Shown piece by piece: positions 24,237 to 38,269 of a DNA stretch of 64,000 bases. This stretch comes from Octopus vulgaris. Its lineage: Eukaryota. The translations under genes were made by a program, and so were the position numbers. Below the pieces are notes generated by a model. The model searched no databases. It saw nothing but the letters and a program-made list of their open reading frames with translations, and was not told the origin of the DNA. The DNA lies in contig OX597817.1 in NCBI GenBank assembly GCA_951406725.2, forward strand, positions 174,530,001 to 174,594,000. Direction: 5' to 3'. Each line of letters begins with the position of its first letter. Position 1 is the stretch's first letter.

Positions 24237-26012
24237 ATATATGCCTACATCCATGAGAATGTGAGATATTATTTAACAGTTAAATGTATTCTTTATTATT
24301 AAATTCTTAGATCATTGCACATTGAAACTTTTCTTCTTCTATATATATATATGTATATTTATAAAACACAAATTTTCTGTAAAGTTCTTTGTTCTCAGAG
24401 ATCAATACTTCCATCTCTTTTGTGCCTAATAATCCATTTCCATTGTATTCTACACCATGATGCCACATTAATGAGAAATGAAAAAAAGTAGGTTGCCAAT
24501 CTTTTTGTTAAACTTTCCATTCTATAAGCCTAGAATGAACAAATGGATTTTTACTCTTACATCCTACATTAAGAAAATAATATTGACTATCCAAATTTCC
24601 ATGTTTGGAAAATTAGTGCATGAATTAGGAACAAAAGCATAATTATAAATATCTGTACAGGATATATTGCAAATATTAGTGAAGGATTTATTTCCTATAA
24701 GTGACATTATATAAAAGTATTGTTTCTGTTGTGATTTTGTTTATTTTTTTATCATTTGATTAATGTTGAATAAACCTTGTGTGTGAGTCATTCATTCTAA
24801 TGCCTGCATTGTACGCAGAAATATCATTTCTATAATCATACGAAACAAGTTGGTCTAGTTTGTTTATCTTTGCCCTGAACTGAAGTAGAGAAATGAAATA
24901 ACATTTACTCTTAAAATATAAAATATATGATGGTGGAAGACAGATGAAATGCATGAACGTGTCTGTACTTGCAGTTGATAAGGAGACTGGACTTACATTT
25001 TAATAATGCCATTTACCATTGGCCATAGTCAAAGAATGCTGTTCATACAAAACTAACAGCAGGACTTTAAATGGATTTACGATCAATAACAAGTTGTTTA
25101 CGCCTCTTCTATCATGAGCTTCCAGAAGTCTTAGTTACAGAGTGCAGCCGATTATTCATGTTCACACGAATGGAATTGTGGTTTGAGATTAAATTTCTCC
25201 AGACCAAATATGAAATAAAATGAATGTAGACGATGTTTATATTGTAAGAGAACCTAATTAAAGAAATAGCTACAAAAAAAGTAGAAGTTATTAATAAATA
25301 TGAGAACTTGAGATGAATAAAAAAAGAAGTAATGTCTTTGATTTTGAAAATAATATTTTGATTATAAAGATAATCTTAAAGGTTAACTCAGTAAAATAGA
25401 AGATGTATATAAAACGAAAAATCTTGACAGATTTTACTAAGCAAACACGAAATATAGATTGTGATGATTACAGGATTTAACAGTCAAGAGAAGAGGTTTG
25501 TAACGTCTAACTGGATAAAAGTCACAGACAGAAGAACATATCAATGTACCAAGTCGTAAAATGAAAATAATCGAAGAAAATTTCTGATCATAAAAGAAAA
25601 GAGCTGACTCTTAAACTTTATCCTCCTGGGGTAAATTGGTTCTAAGTTAGTCCAGCTTTTTTGCTCTGTACTTTGTATATGTCACTTTTATGTGGAATGA
25701 TATTGCTCTGGCTTTAAGGTTTGTTAGTCTTTGAAATAGTAGAATGGTGAACTTGTAGACCTCAATGATCTAAGTTCAAGAAAACCATTGAAACTGGTTT
25801 TGCTTTTCATTTTTTAGAGTCATTTATATGACTGTATAGTATAGTACTATAGTGGTGTTGTTTGAGGTTAGCTCTTTTTTCTCTACCTGTAAAACATGAC
25901 ATGTTATCAAAGTAGGAGATAGTTCTTCTGCTTCCTAGAAAGGGTTCAATTAAACACCAAAAAAACATATTTATTTCTTGTCAAGTTGACACATAGCCAA
26001 TGAGGCTCTTCA

Positions 26013-26043
<31 letters not shown>

Positions 26044-26087
26044 TTTCTGTCTCTCTCTCTTTCTTTCTCTCAACTCTTTTTTACCAG

Positions 26088-26105
26088 GTGCATCAGTTAG
26101 CAAAG
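26088..26105 (+). other. Candidate 18-nt microexon
   Basis: Long pyrimidine tract, TTTTTTACCAG|GTGCATCAGTTAGCAAAG|GTCAGT. Confidence 0.3.
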
Positions 26106-26207
26106 GTCAGTGCTTTTTCAAATTACAATACAGTGCCTATGAGATGCTTTGAGCTTATAGTACTACAGCTGAAATGACCATATTTTTCCTTCACTCAGTC
26201 ATTGCTT

Positions 26208-26247
<40 letters not shown>

Positions 26248-26263
26248 ATGTGTGTGTGTGCAT

Positions 26264-26309
<46 letters not shown>

Positions 26310-26317
26310 GTGTGTGC

Positions 26318-26550
26318 AACTCTCCTGGATGGTCTCCTTGTTTAAGTTGGTGAATGCTGCCATAATCCTTGCCTTCAGTTAATCTTTGGTGTTACAAGGA
26401 ATTTTGTTGGTCTCTTGTTCAACTGCATCCTGCACATAATTATCAAGGGGGTTGCAGTCTGAGAAGTTAGGTGACCAGATGTTAGAGGTAATGTGGTCGC
26501 AGAAAATGCCTGACAGCCATGACTGGATTCTCTTGCTTGTGTGGCATGGT
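26318..26550 (-). mobile_element. maT/DD37D-like transposase relic
   Basis: PCHTSKRIQSWLS..DHITSNIWSPNFSDCNPLDNYV..VEQETNK..LKARIMAAF. Confidence 0.85.
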
Positions 26551-28029
26551 ACATGAAATTATAAACAAAACCACCAGCTCTTGTTTGGACTCAAAGGTCT
26601 AGTTATGTCTGGCTGACAAGACACAATATGTCAAAATCCTAGCATCGCATAATCCCTTGCACTGATGAGTCGAGTGTGTTATGAACATGCTGTCATAAAA
26701 AGGAGTTCTTCTTCTGTGACACATACAGCAGTGATTAGCATATTTGCGTTTCAATTTTCCAGAATGTACTAAAAATAAATATGCAAGTTATTGTTTATGT
26801 GTATGTGTGTGTGTGTGTGTGTGTGTACATACATTTAGGAGAATGACAACAATTTGTCAAAAGATTCAATACAAGAATTATCAGAAATATCGAGCAGAGT
26901 ATAATCTAATCTGCAGTTTATTCAAGAATCTTTACACATATAAATCTGTTTCACAACTGGTAGCACTTCTCCAAAAGAGAAGGGGGAGATAATCTTCAGG
27001 AATAAAAAAGAAATTATCAAGAATTGACAAACCATGAAAGGAAAAGCAATTTTTTCTGGAGACGAGTGGGTAGAAGTGAACGTGTGTTTCTGCCTCAATA
27101 GGCATCATCAGCATAGCAGTTTTCCTACCTCGACTCCATCAGAAAAATGATTTATATAATGAGTTAAGAGAAGTAACACAGAGTAGCTCATAGCATGTTT
27201 TTGTTATTGTTTGTTCGATTATGCCTGCATGTGTATTTGTGCAGAAAAATGGCCACAGTTAAAAGAATTAAACAATAAAAGAATAATACATATATATATA
27301 TATATTTATGCATGTGTGTGTACATGTGTAGCATCAAATGTTCTTGTAATCTACAAATAGGTGTGTATGTATAAAGATGTATGTGGATTTATTAATTCTA
27401 TGTTTGTGTGTGTTTATATATGTGTAATATACATACATACATACCTATATATATATATACATTCCTTCATTCATTCCTTCTTTTCTTCCTTCTTTCCTTT
27501 CTTCATTCATTTATATTGCATAAAGAGGATTCCATTCAATTGTATACTGGATAATTACTTGATTCAGTTAATTGCATAACTTTTCAGAACTTTAAAACCC
27601 CTTTGATATTTTCAAAATTTTTGATATATTCCCTTTGACAATCTTCAATTATCCAAGCAAAAAGAAATTCATATGGCTGGTCTGTTATTTAACATTGTAA
27701 AATTGATTGGTTCATTGAATTTACAAATATGGTAAATTTCAATTAATTGCAAAGATTCTTTTCCTGATTTTGCATTTAAAAAAATTGGTAGAATCTTGCA
27801 TAAAATCAAAAACATATGAATATAATAATGATATAATGAACTTAGTGTATATATTGTTCTGGTGCACTACAAGTTGAGGGGATAGAAAGTAGAAATAAGT
27901 CAAGTAAAGAAAGAAAGCAGTGCTAGCCAAAAGTACATGCACAGTATATAGAATAAAACACAACACAGAAAAGCAAACAGTAAAAAAGCCATAAAGAGGG
28001 AAGGGTGAACAGGCATGTCAGGAATAATG

Positions 28030-28233
28030 TTAACCTTTTAGCATTTACCTTATTTTGCTTATTGTTTTGAACTAATCATGCATTATCTTGTAGTTAAGAG
28101 ATTTTGATGAGGTACCTTAATTTTTAGAATGATATTGTAGGGTTGGTGTGAGAGACCAGATCGGGCCAGTTTAAACATAAAACAGGTAGAATACTTCGGC
28201 CAGATGTGGCCGGTTTAAATGCTAAAGGGTAAA
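28030..28233. mobile_element. piggyBac-type MITE nested in an older repeat
   Basis: TTAA-CCTTTTAGCATTTA ... TAAATGCTAAAGGG-TAAA terminal inverted repeats; the host repeat is uninterrupted at about 34520-34630. Confidence 0.7.
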
Positions 28234-28536
28234 GGAATTTCAGGAAGCATGAGATCTTTGAAGGATATAGTATCTTGATAGACAACTAGTGATAACAATT
28301 CTGAACATGAAAAAATTGAAAGTCATGTGTACTGTGCTGTGGTGGAGAGATTGAATTTAAAAGGGCAGCCAATGTTGTTGTTGGAAACAGGGTAGATAAT
28401 CATGTGAGCTTCTACCCAGTCAACTGCTAGATATTGAAGCTTTACTGTGATGATGTTCTAAGATTTCATTTTCATTATGGTTTTCATATTTATAAACAAT
28501 TAATGTCTATGGTCTAAGGTGTCAAATATATTCCAG

Positions 28537-28846
28537 CACGTGAAAAAACATTTGAGCGAGGTCGTTGCCAGTGCTGCTGGACTGGCTCCTGTGCAGATGG
28601 CACATAAAAATACCATTTGAGCATGGCCGTTGCCAGTACCACCTGACTGGCCCTTGTGCTGGTGGCACATAAAAGCACCCACTACACTCTCGGAGTGGTT
28701 GGCATTAGGAAGGGCATCCAGCAGTAGAAACTCTGCCAGTTCAGATTGGAGCCTGGTGCAGCCATCTGGTTCGCCAGTCCTCAGTCAAATCGTCCAACCC
28801 ATGCTAGGATGGAAAGCGGACGTTAAACGATGATGATGATGATGAT
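28537..28846 (+). mobile_element. RTE 3' UTR fragment (subfamily with two hairpin modules)
   Basis: GCCAGT..ACTGGC modules, CCCACTACACTCTCGGAGTGGTTGG, GGACGTTAAAC(GAT)n. Confidence 0.9.
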
Positions 28847-29815
28847 ATTCTAGTTGTTACCAGTGAGTAATCAAAAGTGTGAGAAAATCATTGCCAGGAT
28901 GTATGAATGATACTTAGCTTGGGTATATGTATGTGTACATATATGAATGTGAGTGTGTGTGTGTGTGTATACTTATACGTGATTATATGTGCATATCCAT
29001 ATATGCGTATGTGTGTGTATATATACATGTGTTATATGTACATGTATATATATGTATATGTGTAAGTGTGTGTGTACACATGTATATATATATATATATA
29101 AATGTGATACATGAAAAGTAATCAATAATTGCATTTATTATCATATAATTTTGCAAGATTGATTGTTTTGAATTAAGAGAGAACAATTGTAAATTGAAGT
29201 GGTGAAATGAATTCTGTCAGTTCATATCAGTTGGAAAAATGGTAAAATAGCTTATAGGGGTAGAATGTGAGTAAATTATATGTATACAATTGTTGCCTTG
29301 TGGAATAATGAGTAAAATAACATATACAGCAGCTGCTGTTGAGAAATACGAATCTGTTTTAGGTTGAGTAAACAAAGAATGCCAAAAAGAAATGAAAAAA
29401 ACCTGAATGGTTAAGAGAAATGATTATCATCCCAACACTTATCAACAAAATAGTTTGGACTGGGCGGAACATAATTATATTATTTGTACACAAAACATAC
29501 TGGAAGAAGTAAAACAAATTGTTTTAGTCTTGTTTTGTTATGTATTTCGTATATATGTGTATAATGTAGCTATAATGTCTTATTACTGATAGTATATTGA
29601 TTTCTCGAAAATTATTGCTTGCTATGCAAATTTCATTAATTGTGTAACAATTTCACTCACCAAGAATACGCAGTTAAATGGATTCTGCTTTGTGTAGTTA
29701 AGAAGTGCACTTTGTAATTGCATAGTTTCAGGTTCAATTTCATTGTATGGCACCTTCGGCTAGTGTCTCCTACTATAGCCCTAGGTCAACTAGAGACTTG
29801 TGAGTGGATTTGATA

Positions 29816-29878
<63 letters not shown>

Positions 29879-29880
<2 letters not shown>

Positions 29881-30018
29881 GCTAAAGCTTATTTATTCTC
29901 TCTGTTTATTTTCTCGAAACGTAAAAAACTTTCTCACCTTCCCGAGTGTTAAACTAATACTCCTGTTTGTTGTTTATACACTTGTCTTTATCTTTAGTTT
30001 TTTTGTCATTTCCAACTA
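29879..30018 (+). mobile_element. Penelope pLTR fragment in (TA)n
   Basis: TCGAAACGTAAAA..TTCCCGAGTGTTAAACTAATAC parallels 17460-17510. Confidence 0.5.
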
Positions 30019-30105
30019 CATATATATATATGTATATATACATACACCACACACACACATACACATAAATACATATATACATACATACATAATACATACA
30101 TATAA

Positions 30106-30162
<57 letters not shown>

Positions 30163-30180
30163 TATATATATGTGTGTGTG

Positions 30181-30213
<33 letters not shown>

Positions 30214-30214
30214 A

Positions 30215-30245
<31 letters not shown>

Positions 30246-30963
30246 TTCTGTGTCTCCTTGTCTTGACATTACATGATAGCTGTTAATGAGCGTCACCACC
30301 TTATGAGTGATATTGCTTGTTAGCAATCTTGTGTGAGAACATGTCTGGTCATGGGGGAAATATTTATCTTGGTTGGAACCAGGTGAGGGTTAATGACAGG
30401 AAGGGAATTTGGCTACTAAAAATCTGCTGCAATGAATTTACACTGACCCCTGCAAGCATTGAAAAAGGGAACATTAAAATGACAACAGTGATGATAATGA
30501 TTAATATGTATCTTTATGTGTGTGTATATATATATCTGTATGTATGTTGCTTCAGAATATGTATTCAAAAACAGCCTTCCAAAAGGTTTGTATCATTCAG
30601 TTATTAAGATTTTTCATAGAGTTAATTAATAATTTTTATTTTAATAGAGTTTTCTTAAATTGTGAGGCAGAATCAAGAATTTCTAACAAAAACTTATATA
30701 TGTAAATATATAATTTCATTGAGATATTTAGCTATGGTGTTTCACTCATCTGTGGATATTGGCTGTTAGATAAAGCTGTAATATGGAGATCGTTTGCTCT
30801 ACCAAATGAATGTCTGAAAATCCACAAGTATATATAGAGATTCAATAATGAGAAACACGAAGAATGAAGTGAGCAAGTCATTTTACGACTTCATTTTATA
30901 GTTGTTTCAATTCAATTCAAAGCAATCAATTTTGCAACTATTGATTACTTTTCATGTGTTACA

Positions 30964-31051
<88 letters not shown>

Positions 31052-31054
<3 letters not shown>

Positions 31055-31330
31055 CAGTATCGCCCGGCGTTGCTCGGGTTTGTTACGACCCTTTGGAGTT
31101 GGAATTTTTGAAAAGTAAAAATTTTGCATTATGTAGCTTGTTATTCTCTTTAAGTGAACATTTTTCTGGTTGAAATATACCAAAAAATGGCGACAGGGCA
31201 GTCAAAAGATCGTAAAAAATAGGGATTTTCATAGAAAAAAAGCACCTTTCTGATGTAAATAAGTTTTGGTGTTAACATGGTCCGATTTGAATTTTTTCTT
31301 CTACGGAAGGAAGAGCAAGCCTTCTTCTAT
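31052..31330 (-). mobile_element. Non-autonomous Helitron-like 3' end
   Basis: GC hairpin CCCGAGCAACGCCGGG (31063-31078) about 10 nt from a degenerate CTRR-like end abutting (TA)n. Confidence 0.55.
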
Positions 31331-31514
31331 TGGCATGGAAATAATTTTCTTTTGCCCTTGTTTATATGTTGTATTTATATATACAGATATATAATGATTC
31401 ACATTCAAGGTGCAGAAATGGTGTACTCTGAATGAATAAGGTAATGTAATCTGATGGTAGAAAGAATTCTGTGAAGCCAGTTGGAAGGGTCCATGTGAGT
31501 GTGAGGTAAATAGT

Positions 31515-31928
31515 TAATCCACAAGAATGAAAAAAATCACAAGAAGAAAAAACAATGACGCGAAGATGTGGTACATGCAAATTATTAAAAGACACTCATG
31601 GAAGGAAAGAAAGGTAGTTTTACGTTTCGAGCAGAGCTCTTCTTCAGAAACAGGAGACAGAGGAAAGTTCAAGAGAAAAGGAAGACAGAGGAAAAAAATT
31701 GCCAACAATCCACAAAATGTAACTAAATGTGGATTGTTGACGATTTTTTGCCTCTGTCTTCCTTTTCTCTTGGACTTCCTTCTGTCTCCTGTTTCTGAAG
31801 AAGGGCTTTGCTCAAAACGTAAAACTAACTTTCTTTTCTTCCCAGAGCATCTGTTAACTTTGCAGGTACCATGTCTTCACATGATTTTGTTTCTTTTTGT
31901 TGTGTTTTTTCTTCATTTCTTTTGATTA
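31515..31928. repeat. ~200-bp-arm inverted repeat of Penelope pLTR sequence, each arm with a hammerhead core
   Basis: Arms meet at CAACAATCCACA/TGTGGATTGTTG near 31721; CTGAAGA..GAGC..GCTC-GAAAC on minus at 31622-31647 and a decayed copy on plus at 31795-31820. Confidence 0.8.
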
Positions 31929-32029
31929 ATTATATATATATTGAGAGAGAGAGAGAGAGAGAGAGAGATAGATAGATAGATAGGTATACATACATATATA
32001 TATATACATCATACACAAAAAGGCTCAAA

Positions 32030-32253
32030 GGTTCTTCCTGTATCCTAGGCTCATAAGGCCAGTTTCCCAAATTCTGTGCTGTATATATTCCACCCTGGAT
32101 GGGACGCCAGTCCTTCACAGGATAACTCACTTTTGCCAGCTGAGTAGACTGGAAAAACGTGATACAAAGTTTTTTGCTAATGAACACAATGCCTTGCTCA
32201 GTGCAGGAATGGAAAACATAATCTTACGATCATGAGAGCAAAGCCCTAACCAT

Positions 32254-32255
<2 letters not shown>
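32030..32255 (-). mobile_element. CORE-like SINE, same family as 1769-2033, degraded
   Basis: Shared TTTTGCCAGCTGAGT(A/G)GACTGGA block and tail. Confidence 0.75.
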
Positions 32256-32293
<38 letters not shown>

Positions 32294-32800
32294 ACACAGA
32301 CACACACCTATATAGGCATGTGAAATATCTAGATAGGTTAATGATGTGCAAGATATGTGTTTCTTCCTTTTGCTCTGGCTTCACTCCCTCTTCCTGTTTT
32401 GTTAAGTTGATTAGCTTCTTATGAAGTGAAGTGAATAGTGCATACCACACTTTGATGATCTAGCTATCACGTTTACGGACAGTGCTGTTATTAGGTGTAT
32501 TGATATATTGATATCTTGTTAAGAACGTGACAGACTTAATCCAGCTCAGCTTGCTTCATTATCATCATAATACATATAGAATTATGTTTAGCATCTCAAT
32601 TTGCTTTTCCTCTAAACTGTTATTTTGATAAAAGAAAAAAACAAAATCTTTTTCGGAAGTTTAAGTTAAAAAAAATCTAGGTTTCCATTTCTGGCTTTCT
32701 AGTTTTACTTTCTAAATTGCCTTTTTTATTATGCTTTTTTTTCTGTATCCTAGTTTTTCATGAATGTAGAATGATTTAGACACTCACACGTACACACACG

Positions 32801-32849
<49 letters not shown>

Positions 32850-32979
32850 ACACACATGTGCGCGCACACACACACACACACACACACATACACATGCATG
32901 TGTATTTCTAATGATATATGTATGTATGTATACTTTTATTCTTGTTTCATATTCATATACACATATATATATACATACA

Positions 32980-33012
<33 letters not shown>

Positions 33013-33759
33013 GTATATATGCAAATATATCTAAATACATATATGTATATATATGTATATATGCAAATATATCTAAATACATATATGTATATGTATACAT
33101 ATTTATATATATGTGCATATGTATATGTACATATGTATATGTATATGTAAGCATATATATACTTGAATGAGCATTGTTATTTATCATGGTTACTTGTGCT
33201 AAAAATTTGAGCTTGTTAGTAAACATGTTTTTCACTAACGAGCAAAAGAAATGCAGATCTGCATTCATGAATGTCTACCCAAGAATATATTTATTGCCAC
33301 ATCTCAGATCGGTTCGAATGAGTATCTTTATTAGGCAAAAAAAAAAGGAAGCAAAAAATGGAAGATGGAAGATAAAAGAATAAACCATAGGCATTTATGC
33401 TTCATTTATAATCTTTTTCTTTTCATTGGATGTGAGTGTTTTTATTCTGGTAAATCATTTCAAATCATAAGAGGATATCTCATTGGGCCAAATTCTGTGA
33501 GACACTCCAAGATGGCGTTAATATAAACTGCCCTTACGTAGCAAATAAGCATTTAAAAAGCAATTTGTAAATATTGTGGAGTAAATGCTTGCTTGAGTAC
33601 CTAGCAATTAAGAGCTGTGTAGAATGATGTTTGTTGAGCTATAAAATAATCGATTTTAAATTATTGGTTGCAAATATATTTTTTTATGTTATTTATATTT
33701 AAAAAAATATCTCAGCTGTTTTTTTATATATATTCACATATTCTTTTATTCCTTTATTC

Positions 33760-34310
33760 TTTACTTGTTTCATTATTCCTTTATTCTTTACTTGTTTCAG
33801 TCATTAGACCACAGCCATGCAGAGGCACTGCCTTGAATTTTTAATTGATTGAGTCAACCACAGTACTTATTTTTTAAGCCGGGTACTTATTCTATTGGTA
33901 CCTTTTTGATGAACTGCTAAGTTACAGGGATGCAAACACACCAACAGAAGTTGTTAGTGGTGGTCGGTGGACAAACACAAGGACACACACACATAGATAT
34001 ACATACATATATGTATATGTATATATATATACACATACACATACATACATACATACATACATACATACATACATACATACATACATTCATACATACATGC
34101 ATGCATACATACATACATACATACATACATGCATGCATACATACATGACAGGCTTATTTCAGTTTCTGTCTACCAAATCCACTCACAAGGCTTTGGTCAG
34201 CTTGAGGCTATAGTAGAAGACACTTGCTCAAGGTGCCATGTAGTGGGACTGAACCTGGAACCACGTGGTTGGGAAGCAAGCTTCTTACCACACAGCCATG
34301 CTTGTGCCTA
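33760..34310 (-). mobile_element. SINE family A with internal (TACA)n
   Basis: Head and tail match 12524-12928. Confidence 0.85.
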
Positions 34311-34683
34311 TGTATATGATTATATATTATATGCACATGTATGTACATGTATGTATAATGTGCTTATTGTGTATAGTGCTCAGTTGCACTACACCTCATT
34401 GGAGAATGGTAAAAGAGGGGACAGGGATCAGTCATAAGTCAAGTAAAGAGAGAGAGTAATGATAGCTGGAAGTGTATGCATGGTGCACAAAACAAAACAC
34501 AGAAAGATGAATACGTAACAAGTAAAAGAGCTTATAAAGCAGAAAGGGTGAACAGGCACAAGAGAAACAGAATGACGAATTTCAGGAAGCATGGGAGTTT
34601 TGAAGGACACAGTGTCCTGACAGTTGAAAACAGAAATGTTAAGTTTATTCCATGCAGTGCAATGATGTTGAAAGTGTCTGCTT

Positions 34684-35195
34684 CATGGTTCCGGGTTCAA
34701 TCCCACTGCATGGCACTTTGGGCAAGTGTCTTCTACTATAGCCTCAGGTCGACCAAAGCCTTCTTGTGAGTGGATTTAGTAGATGGAAACTGAAAAGAGC
34801 CCGTTATATATATATATATGGCGTTAGGAAGGGCATCCAGCTGTAGAAACACTGCCAGATAAGACTGGAGCCTGATGCAGCCTTCTGGCTTTCCAGATCC
34901 CCGGTCGAACCGTCCAACCCATGCTAGCATGGAGAACGGACGTTAAACGATGATGATGATGATGATGATGATGATGATATACATATATGTGTGTGTTTGT
35001 GTGTCTGTGTTGTCCCCCACCATTGCTTGACAACTGATCTTGGTATGTTTATGTCCCCGTAACTTAGCGATTTGGCAAAGAGACCAATAGAATAATTACT
35101 AGGCTTTCAAAGAATAAGTCCTGGGGTCGATTTGTTCAAGTAATGGCTACAATCAAATGACTGAGACAAGTAAAAGAATATAAGAATAAAAGAAT
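34684..35195 (+). mobile_element. SINE family A containing an RTE 3' tail (34820-34977) in its (TA)n
   Basis: SINE halves flank GGCGTTAGGAAGGGCATCC..GTTAAAC(GAT)n. Confidence 0.85.
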
Positions 35196-35579
35196 GTAAT
35201 TAACTTATCCCCTCCCCTGGAATTGCTGGTCATGTGTCAGAATTTGAAATCAATATGGATTGCCTCCACCTATCTTAATATGTAAAAATCTTTTTAGCAT
35301 AGTGATATAAACAAGAGTGCTTATATAGCAATATAAACAAGAGTGCTTATATGCACCAGAAGCCAATATGAGAGTTTCTCTCATGGTAATTATCGCAGTA
35401 TTTTGTGTTTCAAAACAACATCCACTTTTGAGTAGGGATAAAATAAAAAACAATCAGTATTTCATTGTGACTAATTAGTGAAGAAAGCCACAATATAATT
35501 AACACAGCAGAAATGTGTGTCAAAAGAAAATTATGAAATGCACACTATTAAGTCTGTTAATTTAATTAACAAAATGATA

Positions 35580-35790
35580 ATTAGAATGTTGCAGGAAAGA
35601 ATTGCAAGACAGATTCTTGAAGCTGAGCAAACTGGCAGGAGACCTAGGGGTAAACCAAGAACGAGATGGTTGGATAATATCCATAGTCTCAGTTGTTCAT
35701 ACTTGGGAAGCCAATCCAGAAGTCAGTTGCTTCTGATAGGATCCTATGGAGGAGGTGCCTAAAGATTTTACCCCAACAACCCTCCCAAGA
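35580..35790 (+). mobile_element. Old RTE C-terminal relic
   Basis: RMLQERIARQILEAEQTGRRPRGKPRTRWLDNI. Confidence 0.75.
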
Positions 35791-35877
35791 ATAATGGATG
35801 AAAATGCTGGTTACATGGGTGGGTGGATGGGTAGCTGGCAGGATAGATGGATGAATGGATGAATGGATGGGGGGATG

Positions 35878-36185
35878 GTGGAGGCACATGGCCTAGTGGT
35901 TAGAGCAGCGGACTCACGGTCGAGGGATTGCGGGTTCGAATCTCAGACCAGGCGATGTGTGTGTTTATCAGCGAAACACCTAAGCTCCATGCGGCTCCGG
36001 CAGAAGGTAATGGTGAACTTCTGCTGACTCTTTTGCCACAACTTTCTCTCACTCTTTCCTCCTGCATCTTGCAGCTCACCTGCGATGGACCGGCGTCCCA
36101 TCCAGGTGGGGAACCTATATGCCAAGGAAACTGGGAAACCAGCCCTTGTGAGTCAGGCATGGCTCGAGAAGGAACAAAATAATAA
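35878..36185 (+). mobile_element. tRNA-derived SINE, same family as 597-901
   Basis: Near-identical to 597-901. Confidence 0.9.
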
Positions 36186-36303
36186 AAAACAACATGGATG
36201 GATGGAAAATTACAGGGAGAGTTGCATAGAATGTCTGGAAATTTTTGCACCAAAATTGTTTTAGTGTGATGAGACGAGAAATAAATTAATTCATATATTT
36301 TCT

Positions 36304-36856
36304 TATAGGTGCAGGTATGGACGTGTGGTAAGAAGCTTACTTTTCAACCACATAGTTCTGGGTTTGGTCCCACTGAGTGGAACCTTGAGCAAGTGTCTTC
36401 TACTCTAGTCTCAAGCTGACCAAAGCCTTGTGAGTGGATTTGGTAGGCAGAAAATGAAAGAAGCCCATCATAAATATATATATATATATATATATATCGT
36501 TTTTGGATTTAGTTTGCAAGATTCTTTATGTGAGTTTGTGTGTTGAAGCATATTCTGTTGTGTCAGAGTCAAAACTATTGAAAAAAGTTGCAAGAAATAA
36601 GTGGAAATTTTACTGGTGAGTGTGTTAAATTATAAGGCACTAAAAGAGAATGACTCTCCCCAGACAAAACAGAAAATATATATGTATATATATGATAGGC
36701 TTCTTTCAGTTTCCATCTGCGAAATCCACTCACAAGGCTTTGGTCAGTCTGAAGTTTATAATAGAAGACAGTTGCCCAAGGTGCCATGCAGTGGGACTCA
36801 ACCCAGAACAATGTGCTTGAAAAGTAAACTTCTTACAACACATGCACACCTGCACC
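36304..36856. mobile_element. Two SINE A heads in inverted orientation around a rearranged repeat fragment
   Basis: Plus head 36304-36470, minus head 36690-36856. Confidence 0.75.
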
Positions 36857-37729
36857 AAATTTGAAGATTTGGTTGCTATTTCTAGCGTAGTGATCAACCA
36901 CCAAGAGATTATTTCCATACAATCCTGGATATGAATGGTGGACAGATGGTGATACTTTAGAGTAACTTTTACTTTACTCTAAATTTTCAGATAAATACAT
37001 TAGGAACAGTTCTTGTTCAAACAATTGGCTTCATTTATTTGCTGCACTTATAAATCCCTTGTTGATGGTTGTTCAGAGACTGTGGCAATTTATTTTGTAA
37101 TTTACTCATTTTTTATTAAATCATCTTTATTTTTATCTTCTTTAGGCGTAATACAATCAAACCAGTTCTTATTGATTAGATATCGATGGACAGATTGGAT
37201 TTTGTTGTGTGCAATGTTAAGGTGCTGTTTGCCATGTCTAGAAATGTACACACGAATCGAATGTATCAGTGAATAGATTAGCTACAGTGACATGTGTGCT
37301 TGACTTGAAGGTTCCACTGAACAAACAAGAAGGCTGTCAACCCTCAGCGAGTAATGTCTACGAGTTCTTTTTTCTTTTCCTCCTGACCTGAGTATAAAAG
37401 ACAGCAACCTGGTGATTGGTCAAAAGGCATACTAGCTTGTATTCTACTATTCTGTGCTTGCCTCGGGCTGATGTGCTTAACTCTCAGTGACCTAATACTA
37501 TAGGTAGATACGGTAATACTAGCACCAGTCCAATGAACCATATACAGGTAGATACGGTAATACCTCACTTTTTGAGGACCTGCTTTATGAGACCCTGAGT
37601 TTATGAGTTTTATTTTTCAGCTTACTATTATATGGTGAGCTGAAATTTTTCAAGCACAAAGTCCAAATTTTGAATGAATTGCAAAAGTTTCCACTACCAT
37701 AATAAATGCTTCTGCATGTTACTGAGATA

Positions 37730-38150
37730 TTTGAAGAGAGCAAAAAAAAAAAAAAGCTTCTTCTAAGCAAACAACTCTAGACTTGTTTTTTAAAAAGAAA
37801 TCTACAAGTCCATGGGAGCTTGTGAATTGGCAATTGCATCTACAAGCGATGGTGTGCACAAGTCTAGTGTGAGTGAAAGTGATTCAGAAAACGATTATAA
37901 TAATAATATTTTTTATTATAAATGATCTTGGCATCCTTTTTTCTTTATATAAAATATTCTTTACATTCTACTGTTGTTTTATTGCCATTTATTTAAAGTA
38001 TTATAAATTTTACTGGTAAAATATTTTTCTGGGAATGAATTACGATTTACAACATTGCTACTATGGGAAATTATTGCTCTGCTTTACAAGTTTTTGCTTT
38101 ATGAGTGGTCGCCAAGAACAAATTAACTCAAATATCAAGGCATTACTGTA
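37730..38150 (+). mobile_element. pogo/Tigger-like 3' relic
   Basis: KKASSKQTTLDLFFKK C-terminal motif; terminus ..CAAGGCATTACTG-TA. Confidence 0.55.
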
Positions 38151-38269
38151 TGAGAATGTGCAGTTCATCACTGTACAAGGACAGAGCATTTATGCTATCA
38201 CTTGAAATAACAGCTAAGGATGTTTTGAATAAGGAAGGATGGTTTGAATAATATAACCTGGAAATAAAT

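Noticed and set aside
24760-25050. Minus-strand exon pair (donor at 24996, acceptor at 24880, frame QGKDKQTRPTCFV*)
   Set aside because: The upstream segment has stops in all frames and no recognisable protein; not supportable without RNA data
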